This document shows positions 52,932-64,000 of a DNA stretch of 64,000 bases, piece by piece (positions within the stretch are counted from its first letter, which is position 1; the number at the start of each line of letters is the position of its first letter). The stretch lies in NCBI GenBank assembly GCA_951406725.2, contig OX597828.1:75454001-75518000 (forward strand), written 5' to 3'. The notes beneath the pieces are model-generated. The model ran no database searches, was not told the DNA's origin, and was given only the letters and a program-made list of their open reading frames with translations. Source of the DNA: Octopus vulgaris. Lineage: Eukaryota. The position numbers and the translations under genes are program-made.

Positions 52932-53260
52932 CAGGGTGTGGAAGGTATTTGAGGACATTGGGTCATTGCTGCATTTTTTGTTAACTCTGTATAATCTTTG
53001 TTTCAGAAAATAATAATGGCAGACACGCGGCTTACTCAAGAAATGAAGAGACATGCTGTTTTTGCGGTTATAAAGGCTGAGCATAGTGATTTAGAAATGT
53101 CTCGAGTTTTAAAAGTTGTCAGATCTTTATTCTACAAAGTTCGTAAGGAGCTAGAGACAGAAGATGGAAACACATCCCCAGTACCAAAGCATAAAAAGCA
53201 TTTTAAATGCTCTGAAATCATCAGAACACCTGAATTTTTCCAGAAAGTTTAACAGATAGC
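52932..53260 (+). mobile_element. Tc1/mariner superfamily (maT/DD37D-like) element, left end plus transposase N-terminus
   Basis: TA|CAGGGTG terminus. ATG at 53016 gives MADTRLTQEMKRHAVFAVIKAEHSDLEMSRVLKVVRSLFYKVRKEL...IRTPEF, an HTH region with the RTPE motif; premature stop at 53250-53252 and no DDD domain. Confidence 0.75.
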
Positions 53261-54098
53261 AGTTCATGTTTAGTCATTTCCCGTTATAGAGCTGTAGAGT
53301 CAGGGCTGCTCGTTCAAAAGGGTTTTGTGGTGTGGTGTGGTTTACATCTATATGCATAGATATACCCTTTTACACACCGTTATCGAACCAAGATTTTAAC
53401 TACGGTCTCTCCATAGCACTTACTTAGTGTTATCCGGCACTCTTTGGGTCTTCTAAATACCAATACTTCTCATATATATATGTATATATATATATAAATG
53501 AAAGTGGTCGTGCTTTACTAGTAAGATACCAGGTATAAACTATTCGTTTTATTATCTAATAATAATAATAATAATAATAATATCTAAAACCACCACAATT
53601 GTCTCAACTCATTCTCACACCTGTACTTCATAGACGAGATGCTGTGCAGTTATTATTTTACATCTCAGGTGTAGAAAAATTGTAGATGAGCTTTGCACAG
53701 CATTCTACAAGGTTTTCACCAGAATCTTAATTACACACACACAAACTCGCACACACACACATATATACATATATCCGGTGTCATATAAGCACGCACACGA
53801 ATCCAAGCATTTACACACGCCTTAACTGCGTATGTATCACTGCACGACATTGCCAGTTTGTGTGTGTGTAAGCGTATGAGTGAATGTGTGTGTGTGTGAG
53901 TGTGTATGTGTGTGTGAAAGTGTATGCTTATGTGTTTGCATTGCCTTGCTAATTGGTGTGTTAATTGGAAGGAAATGCTCTTAAGACATAGTCGTTGGTG
54001 TCTAGTTAGCAAAATAATTCTAATTATTTAATACAATTAATCCTCGAATCGCAGAAATTCCAAACGGGAACGGTTTTCCGTGCCAAAAGTGCTCGCAT

Positions 54099-54144
<46 letters not shown>

Positions 54145-54369
54145 ACACACATTGTGGATGTACATCTCCATATGTGAAGGTATAAGTGTGTGTGTATGTT
54201 TGTGTTTATATCATGAGGTGGTCCTTAGTTTCCCATCTGGTTGTTTTTATTGATAAACGTGCGATATTTTTTTAAGTATTTCCCAATAATGAGCATCTTT
54301 AATGAGGCGTTTATAAACAAAAAACATCTCTCCTACTTTGCTGATTCCAGTGAAGTTCGTTTATTCACA

Positions 54370-54405
<36 letters not shown>

Positions 54406-56937
54406 TATTAACGTCATCATTAATGTTGCTGTTGTTTGTAATTTTATTCTTGCTAATATTATTTCTATTAGTTTAATTAATGTTGATTTTGTTGCTGTTG
54501 TTGATGTTGTAATTGCTTTGGTGGTTGTTTTAAATACCAAGTGGAGTGGAAGAAACGCTGTTGGTGAATGTGCTCCGCGGGAAATTACCTTGAAAGATTT
54601 TAATTGCCTGTATTTAACGATCTGATTTCAAATCTCACCGGTCTCAGCATATGTCTTTTGGAATTTGCCTGGTTTGCTGTTGACCTTTTCCCTTCAATTC
54701 TTAAGATGCGTTTCCTCCTTACTATTCAATCGACTATTTTGTTTTGTATAAAGAGATGTATGAGAACCACCTGTCTACACACAAAGACGAAGACTTTCAA
54801 TCATTATCCTTGTCCACAGCCAGTCCAGAGTTTTTTCTTTCATCATTCTGCATAACTCGCCATGTGAACCAGTGGCGTGTGTCTAACTTCACAACTGAGC
54901 GTGATTTTATTCGCCTTTTACAGATTTCAGCTTCAATATTATCATAGTTAACGATAACGATTTTGCACAGAACTTTTTCTTCAAGTCGATAGTATTTTCT
55001 TTAAATATTAAAAGCCATCCTAAATTAGTAAGTTCCGAAAGTATTTTGACACGTTCCAGTGAGTAACCTGACACCGTTTTGAACTCCTGACAGTATTCAT
55101 ATCCGGTATTTCAATATTGGTTCCCGTGTTATTTCTACGGTATTTTACAAGATTCTACTGTTTGTTTAGATTCCGTTTACTTGCAAATAAAATATTTACA
55201 AGGAATATCTAAATGTTTATATTTATAGCATTTATTATTCGAAACTGTGTTCTGTGTAAAGTACCAAGCGTGTGGGTGTGTGGCTGTGTGTTATCGTAGT
55301 TCTTGTTGGTGATGCTGGCGCACTTTAGTAAAAAGATAGAAGTTTCGTTTTGCAACTCTCAGCTTCCAGATTCGGTCTCACATTGAATAAATGCGTTTGT
55401 ACAATAGTGTATGAAAACCTTTCTAATTTATATTGAGACAACGTAAGCAATGCTGAAGCTCTTCAAAATGACTGTGGATGTTGCACTGTCCATGAGGACT
55501 ACATTAAGCACACAGGGGCCTAGGATATAACTGAATTAGTCGACCACTTAACGGAGTTGCTACGTTCAAATTTCGCTGACATCAACTTTGTCTATACATG
55601 TAAGATGACCCACTCGTTTACATAACACACATTGATTATCGATTCCACACATCCTAGCCTAGTTGTTGAGTATCTTAAAAGAAAACTCAAGAAAGACATA
55701 AACTGTAATACACGTATAGGGATTGTGTTGTTGCTGCTCCATATGCAATTATTTTAGATTACATCCATGAGACTTATTACCATTGTTTCACATAACAATC
55801 CGTTAAAACTACTGGTTATTAGACACAGCTCAAACTCACCTTTCTGCCTCTTCTCATCGCAGACTACAGAGAATATCAGCCTCTTTTATATTTATGTAAA
55901 AGGCCACCACCATTCATATCAAGTTCATTGACTTACCGAAAACAGAAATGTATTTTTTAAGTGAGAAGTAAAATGGCGAATGTGTAATACTGAGTTTTTC
56001 AACACATCGACCGATGAAAACAGCCTGTCACGGCGAGTAATGTGATGTTTGGTGATACTTTAATAATTCTAAACATCTTGACAATATTTTCGAGTTAGCA
56101 ATTCAAGTCAAGGTCTTTACGGTTGAAATTCTAAATTTGTTAAATGTGCGCCTTCTAGATACTTATAAATCAGTCGGCGATTTCTTTACCTTAAACTCTA
56201 AATGAAAACTGACCTGAATGCCGGCACTAATGCATTTCCCAGTCTAACAGCACATCTAATCCTTGGGTGGTTTTGTTTTGGTAAATTCCCTGAGAAATAT
56301 TTCAGCCAGTGTCCATTTTTTTTTTTCACTGTTAAGGGGGTTTGCTTTGCAAACATTGAGTTGTAGAAATTCAGGAAGACCATCGCTTCATTGATGTAAA
56401 TCAGCTGTTCCAAACCATTTTTCATTTTTTCTTAATTTATGGACACCTTTTGATTACAGTTTTCTCTGATGGACTCTCATGGCCTCTCGATGTATAAAGT
56501 TGTATCGATACTACAGTGAAAATTGCTATTTTGTTTTTCAAATATTAACGTGTGTATGTTGAACGTTAGAAAAAGAAATCTGGTTGCTTCTTCCGATAAA
56601 TACATCCAAAACAAATTTTTTTTCACGAACCCTTAATATGCTGTTTGGTTTGTTTGGATCCCCCAAAATCTTCTATGGACACCAGTTGAGAGCCACTGAT
56701 CTAAGCAGACGGTAAAGAAAGGACTACAAGTGTGACTGATGAACTCTGTCCCTTATATGTTGGAAAGCTTAAAACCTACGTAGACAATAAAAAAACAAAA
56801 ACAGAAACGATCTTCCTGTGAACAGTTTGAAATCAGATCAGCCAGTTTTGTGCTTATATTACAGGGTACGTTCTATGGTTGGTGGAAGGCATATCACCCA
56901 ACATTAAATATATCATGCATGGATAGCAGTGACCAGT

Positions 56938-56998
<61 letters not shown>

Positions 56999-57308
56999 CT
57001 AAAGTGTTTCCACTATAATGAAATATTAACAGTTTGAAGAATTTGAAACAAAAATACCTTAATCACACTATAAATCCACAAGAAAATGTTTTAATATTTC
57101 AAATGCATATGTATATTATATTGCACACACGCACACACGCACGCACACATCCATAATGTACATACTATATATATATATATGTTTATATATGCAAACATTC
57201 ATTTATGTATCTGTGAATGAATATATATGTATATATCTGTAACATCTGTATGTACCGTACAGCAAACCAAGCACATGCACATATGAACTCATATACATAC
57301 ATACATAC

Positions 57309-57355
<47 letters not shown>

Positions 57356-57779
57356 ATATGAACTCTTATATTCAATAACATCTTCTGCGAGAGATCGAAG
57401 TTATTCTAGCTTGAAATGGAAATCTTGGAATGGAACAGTTGAGAAAGCAAATGAGTATTCTATTACACACACTTACACACACACTGATCTACAAAGATTC
57501 CCGCACATACCCTGATATGCATACACCCACGTACAGACACATACACACTCGCACACATTCAGCAGCATATGCAGTGATCTCTACACAAACGCACACAATG
57601 GCCTACCCAACCCCACGCATTTACACTGACGCATACACGCGCAAGCACACTTGTCTACACCCACTTCACCATATACATCGGTATGTACACATCCAAATAG
57701 AAACATTCACAGACACACTCAGATACACTGAGCTACGCCCCTCCTCGCATATACAGTCATCTGTGCGCACACAAGCTCC

Positions 57780-57850
<71 letters not shown>

Positions 57851-57894
57851 GTATACACCTATATAGAAAGATGCTTCCTTATTAAAATAAATAT

Positions 57895-58465
57895 TCTTTT
57901 TTAATCTAGGCACAGGGCCCGAAATTTTGGGGGAGGAGGACAGTCGTTTAGAAAGATCCTAGTAAGCAACTGGTACTTAATTTATCGACCCCGAAAAGAT
58001 GAAAAGTAAAGTCTACCTCGGCGGAATTTGAACTCAGAACGTAGTAGCGGGTGAATACCTATTTCTTTACTACCCACAAGGGGCTAAACACAGAGAGGAC
58101 AAACAAGGACAGAGAAACGTATTAAGTCGATTATATCGACTCCAGTGCGTAACTGGTACATATTTAATCGACTCCGAAAGGATGAAAAGCAAAGTTGACC
58201 TCGGTGGAATTTGAACTCAGAACGTAGCGGCAGATGAAATACCCATTTCTTTATTACCCACAAGGAGCTAAACACAGAGGGGACAAACAAGGACAGACGT
58301 ATGTATTAAGACGATTACATCGACCCCAGTGCGTAACTGGTACTTAATTTATCGACCCCGAAAGGATGAAAGTGAAAGACGGATTTTGAACTCAGAACAC
58401 AGCGGCAGACAAAATACTGCTAAGCATTTTACATGACCTGCTAACGCCTCCACCAGCTCACCGCC
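57895..58465 (-). mobile_element. SINE family B trimer (one head, three cores, two Tx1-type tails, one ordinary tail)
   Basis: actggtac.ta.tt.atcgac.ccgaaa.gatgaaa recurs at about 57969, 58152 and 58336, a period of about 183 bp. Confidence 0.9.
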
Positions 58466-58479
58466 TATACACAGATATT

Positions 58480-58600
58480 GGTTTAAAATTTTGGCATAAG
58501 ACCAGCAATTTAAAGGGGTTTGGGTTAACCCCATTAGAACACTGGTACTTATTTTATCGAGCCCGAAAGGGATGAAAGACGAAGTAGACCTCGGCGGAAT
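58480..58600 (-). mobile_element. SINE family B, 3' half
   Basis: cactggtacttattttatcgagcccgaaagggatgaaagacgaagtagacctcggcggaatt. Confidence 0.8.
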
Positions 58601-58620
58601 TATTATGATGATGATAACAA

Positions 58621-58700
<80 letters not shown>

Positions 58701-58720
58701 TAATAATAATAATAATAATA

Positions 58721-58944
58721 ATCCTTTCTACTAAAGGAACAAGGCCTGAAATTTTTGGGGAGGTGTCTTGTAGATTAAATCGACACCCTACCCCAGTGTT
58801 TCAGTGCTACTTAATTTTGTCTACCTCGAAAGGTTGAATGGCAAAGTCGATCTTGGCAGAATTTGAACTTAGAATGTAAGGACGGACGTAATATACCGCT
58901 AAGCATTTTGCCTAACCTGCTAACGGTTCTGCCAGCTCACCGCC
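58721..58944 (-). mobile_element. SINE family B, full length; its (TAA)n/(TAC)n tail extends to about 58620
   Basis: Reverse complement of 37033-37224. Confidence 0.88.
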
Positions 58945-59515
58945 TTTACAAATATTAGAAAGGGAATTTTCTCCTCTTAAGTTGTTATCCCTTTTTCCAA
59001 CAATAAAAAGTTAACCTATATTTATTCCTTTTAAAATAGAGTGGTAATTAGATGTTACATTACTTAACGGATAAACCACTTAATCCATTTAAACTGGTTT
59101 AAGATGTGCTATGTCGATCAATTTGCTCTTCATATTTCAATCATCTCCAGACACCTTCAGTTGTAATCATTGGTGTTGGTCAGCTAGATTCAGGGTGGGG
59201 TATAATAGTGAACGCATCAGTTTTAGAACACAAAGTTACTGTCACACAGATAGACGGACGCCATTTTGACACACGATCGGAATGATACAGCGAAAATTGA
59301 TTTGATTTTATGAGTATGAGACAAAAATCATTAATCATTAATCACATTAGTAACATTGGAAAGAACGGGAGGTGGAAAGTGGAAGTTCCAAGACTCGGAC
59401 AAAGTGGCTTTGACAAAGTAGTCTCGAAATATAATAATGATCGTCGCAAGTGAAAATCAAGCGAATAGGTTAAAGTTGGCGATAGGAAGTCTGTATGGCT
59501 GCACACGTTTAATTA

Positions 59516-59555
<40 letters not shown>

Positions 59556-59713
59556 AATAGATGCATGTACATATATCTTTTCCTTTATCAGTTACATTCT
59601 CTACCTTTCTCTTTGATCTTACCATTTATTTCTCTGTCTCTGTCTCCGGCCTTCCTTCTCTCTCTCTCTCTCTCTATCGATTCGCTTCTATTTACCTCTG
59701 TACCAACTTACCG

Positions 59714-59754
<41 letters not shown>

Positions 59755-59811
59755 CATTTTCCTCTGACCTCTCCCATTGACTATCAGTTCCCGTCTCACA
59801 TTTTTTATTCA

Positions 59812-59865
59812 ATTTCCATCCTTCCTTCCTTCCTTCCTTCCTTCCTTTCTTTCTTTCCTTCTTTC

Positions 59866-59962
<97 letters not shown>

Positions 59963-60019
59963 TTCCTTCCTTCCTTCCTTCCTTCCTCCCTTTCTTCCTT
60001 CCTTCCTTCCTTCCTTCCT
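59812..60019. repeat. (TTCC)n/(TTTC)n polypyrimidine tract
   Basis: Directly visible. Confidence 0.95.
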
Positions 60020-60369
60020 CACCAATCCTGTTAATTTCCTTCAATTTTACAAACAAAATTTTCTCCAAGTAACAGAGTACCTTTTCTGGTTCCAGATTTT
60101 ATATGTGTGTGTGTACGCTCGTGCACACACGTTACATATCTATATACACACAGTCACAGGATATAAGATTAATTACTAAAAGGAACTCTACTTAGAACGT
60201 ACTCAATATATATTATAACACAGAGCTTTTAATGAATATTTTTTATGTTTATCTGGAAACTGCTCACAAGTTAGAAATCAAATACATAAAACACAGATAT
60301 GTGTGTACATGCTAATGCATACGTGCTTGTGTATAATCTGTGTAGTGTGTTTGTCTGTGTGTTTTTTAA

Positions 60370-60434
<65 letters not shown>

Positions 60435-60657
60435 TAGATATATACTTACGTCTATGTATATATTTATATATAAGTACATAGATGTTCCTGCTTTTAACAC
60501 CCTTCTCACCTTGTTAACATCAGAGTTACCAATCTAAACTATTACGAAAACCCAAATACATCGATTTTAAAGGATTCTGTGGAATTGTGCGTAGACTGAA
60601 GTAGATTACAGAAATATGACACTGCTGCTCTCTGGTCGATGTTGCCATCTTTGACAG

Positions 60658-60714
60658 GAAATGGAGAAGGAATGGCACCAGGAAATTGAGAAATATTGCA
60701 TTTGGCAGATCGCA
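60658..60714 (+). other. Candidate 57-nt internal exon
   Basis: ccatctttgacAG|...|GTAAGT boundaries, length divisible by 3, open in two frames (EMEKEWHQEIEKYCIWQIA or KWRRNGTRKLRNIAFGRS). No recognised homology. Confidence 0.25.
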
Positions 60715-60767
60715 GTAAGTGGCACTTGTTCGGTCTAATGCATGTCCGTTTCTACACACACACACAT

Positions 60768-60804
<37 letters not shown>

Positions 60805-60879
60805 AATATATATCAAAGTAATTGTTTTCAACTACTCCCTTCACTGTGTTTGTGTCTATGTATATAAGTGTCTGTGTGC

Positions 60880-60922
<43 letters not shown>

Positions 60923-62807
60923 TGTGTAAATGTGTGTGTGTGTGTGTGTGTGTGTGTGACAAAGAAGTAACGTGTGTCTGTGTGTGTGCTTGATAGCAAG
61001 TGGTTACCAATCGTCGTTCTGCGCTGAGTTGAGTAGAAGCACGTGCGTTTCACTTTTACTTGTTTACTAAAACTCTGCTGAAGTTATAGTTTTGTTGTTT
61101 AAAGTTAAATACTCTTCATTAGAGCAGACTGTGATAAAAAAAAATCCAGGTATGACCATCTCGTCGTTTTCTTATGACCGCATTAGACGGCAAGTTTTGA
61201 CGCATGAGTTTTTCAAGCGACCACTTGAAGACTCATTCATGGGTGCGTCCTTCGTTTTATAAAGCCTGGGCTGTGAGTTGGCTGCCATGTCTACCAAATC
61301 AACCAATTGCACAAAGATTCTTCAGTTTGCAAACTGTTGTCGTTGATGCTCTAGTTTAACTCCAGAACATCTTTTATTCATCCATCCTGTCATTGAAAGT
61401 ATTCCACATATGACATTCCCATCTATTTTAAGTTCGGGATTACATTGTCCAAAGTATATTTCTATATGTTCAGATGTAAGTTATTATTTGAGAGAGATTA
61501 GACTGCTATTTTTAGCAGGTGGGACATCCATAGAAAGTCTTCCTCATTAGACCGGTGGAACCGGACAATATGGGAGGTACAATTGATCATCACCCGACTT
61601 AACATATTTATTTAGAACGGGCGCACACATTTTAGAAGTTACAGGGTACAGGGAGGTTTATTCTGTGACAGAGTACTTTTGCATTTGCAGAAAATAAGGA
61701 ATAAAATAATAATAAAAAATCGATATATTGATAGAACTAGATTTACCAATTCTACACCACTAAATTCCTCCGATTTTCCCTCTGCCGAAGAAATTGCTTC
61801 TTGATTCAAATAACTGATATAACGACATTTTATCTATGTAGGAATTATATAATTTCTTTCTCTGAAGAAACATTCCTGTTTTTTTTTTCTTGGAAGGAAG
61901 GGTTCTATATTTTTTTTTTTCATAGTCATAACGGAATTACATTCTTCTGTTGATAAAAAAAAATACCCAGCAAAATAAAAAAAAACAACAAAAACATGAA
62001 TATTCATCATCTCTGTATATTTGTGCATACCTATCTCTGTGCGTGTATATACACACTCACGTAACATGTTATCAAGTAAAATATTCTAACATGACATGGA
62101 AAATACATTTTTGAAATAAAACAGAAAGAAAAAAAAAGGCTTAAATACTAGGATATACTAAAATGCAATTATATCTTGAATTGACGTCTTATTTTTATGG
62201 ATTCCACGTTGCAATACGCATATTTGCCCCACCTCCTTAACACACAGAAAAAAATATTTATGGCAGTCTTTAAACCTACAAAACGCTCCATCATTCTTGT
62301 AACAATATCCATACTATTTTCTACAGCTTTGCTCTTCGAATGTCTGCTGTTTCAATATCGATATGAAATCAATTCAAATCTATTTGCTGTCCTCATGATG
62401 GTTCATTTTGAAGTTTTATTTGCTAATCTGAATGTTTATCGTCACCTAACAATATTCTAGCAATCGCAACCATATCATCCCCCGCATACTTCTCAGTTTA
62501 TTCACTTCCTGTCGTTGCTTTTCTGGCAATCTTTTTTCCTTTCCCATCCAGTGTCCCGATGACTTTTCTTCTATTAGCCAAACTATATCAACTTTTTACC
62601 TATTACGCTCAGTACAGAGATCCGAAGCCGATAGAATTAATGTGACAGGCTGGAAAGTATCCTGCTGTGTCTTTGAGTAAACGAAACAAAAAAACAGGGT
62701 GGCCCAGACTACTTGGATATATGTAGAATTCTTATCGCACGATGTTTTAGAAGACTTGTTTTGTTAATGGAGTCAATGAGTATATCTTAATCATAAATTA
62801 TTATAAA

Positions 62808-63206
62808 CTAGCAGTATCGCCCGGCGTTGCTCGGGTTTGTAAGGGAAATAACTATATAAGCATTTTTAGAGAGTTATAGCCAAAAAATAGCAAAAAAATG
62901 CATTAAAAATGGAAAAAAATGATGGTAAATTTTTTTTTTAAATCGTTGACTCAACGTAAACATTTTTAGAGAGTTACTTCCCTAATATAATAGCGAAAAA
63001 ATGCATTAAAATGGAAAAAATTATAGTAATTTTTTTTTAAATCGTAGACTCATCGTAGACGCGCGCTAATACCCAGAAGGGCTCGATATGAATCACGACT
63101 ATAAGATACCCGCTTTTGGTTAAACTGCACCGCAAAATGTGGGAGTAGTTAGGAATCTAAATCGTAGGAGACAGACAGCACACAACCTCACTTTTATATA
63201 TAAAGA
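62808..63206 (-). mobile_element. Non-autonomous Helitron, complete
   Basis: a|TCTTTATATATAAAAG 5' end, 3' hairpin cccgagcaacgccggg 12 nt from the terminus ending CTAG|t, no TSD, and an internal duplication of about 100 bp. Confidence 0.92.
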
Positions 63207-63370
63207 TTATATAAAAAATATGAAGAGACCAATGGAGTTGTGTGTGTGTGTAGATAGTTAGATTTGTGTGTATTTGTGCGCACGTATGTATGATTGTATG
63301 CATAGAATTTTGATTTTGATTCAGTCATACTTTGCGAATGTTATACACACCCATCTACCAATACGAAACC

Positions 63371-63422
<52 letters not shown>

Positions 63423-63698
63423 TAAGGTGTTTGGGCTAAACTTTATATATATGTATATATTACGAACAAGTACATATACAAGGATGGTTATATACATAAA
63501 TAAACATGAAGTCTTGTACCAAATGAATCTAGTTATAAAGGGAAATTGATAATCTTTGTTTCGGGTGTTAGAAACCGATATTTGAACGAAGATTGTTATT
63601 TCCTCACTATAAAAATAATGTTTATTAAGTTTCATATGATAGAGTGGTCGATAAATACTAAAATATTTCGAGGAAATGATATAGATATATATATGTAC

Positions 63699-63760
<62 letters not shown>

Positions 63761-64000
63761 GAGAAAGAGAGAGGAAGAGAGAAAGAGGGGAGGTCTAGGA
63801 GAGAAACATAAAGAAACAACAGGAAAGAGACAGAGATACATAGGTAGAAAGCGAGTAGGAAAGACTAATTAGTACAGAAAGTGGACTCACCTAAACCACT
63901 GTCATTAATCTGGCACATGCGCAGCTGTTTTTCTGTTATCAATTTCATGTAATTATTGTTGCTTCTACCATAAGCTCAGCTCTATCTACGACTTTACACG

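Noticed and set aside
54540-56430. Unique-looking stretches with short ORFs
   Set aside because: No interpretable translation on either strand; probably old decayed repeats.
57895-58465. CRISPR-like repeat/spacer periodicity
   Set aside because: Whole units of about 183 bp repeat with no unique spacers; this is eukaryotic SINE sequence with no cas genes.

Overview
AT-rich, microsatellite-dense eukaryotic DNA with no confidently identifiable host gene; it reads as intergenic or deep intronic sequence. The repeat repertoire resembles octopus (coleoid cephalopod) genomes, which is recognition from memory and not a database result. Nearly all ORFs in the supplied track are translations of microsatellites or SINEs. 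The real content is mobile DNA: several tRNA-derived SINE families, 3'-end fragments of four non-LTR clades (CR1/L2-like, Tx1/L1-like, R4/Dong-like, RTE-like), three non-autonomous Helitrons, Tc1/mariner and hAT relics, and four minimal type-I hammerhead ribozyme motifs of the Penelope-like kind. The most interesting signals are: (1) a SINE trimer whose upstream units carry a Tx1-type 3' tail and join the next unit at the same point of the tRNA head, suggesting a self-targeting SINE; (2) two SINE/LINE shared-tail pairs, one with a covarying hairpin; (3) four hammerheads, three with core substitutions; (4) R4/Dong-like fragments sitting in the (TTA)n tails of SINEs and a Tx1-like fragment inside (TATC)n. 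Family assignments come from manual translation and alignment; boundaries of decayed copies are approximate.
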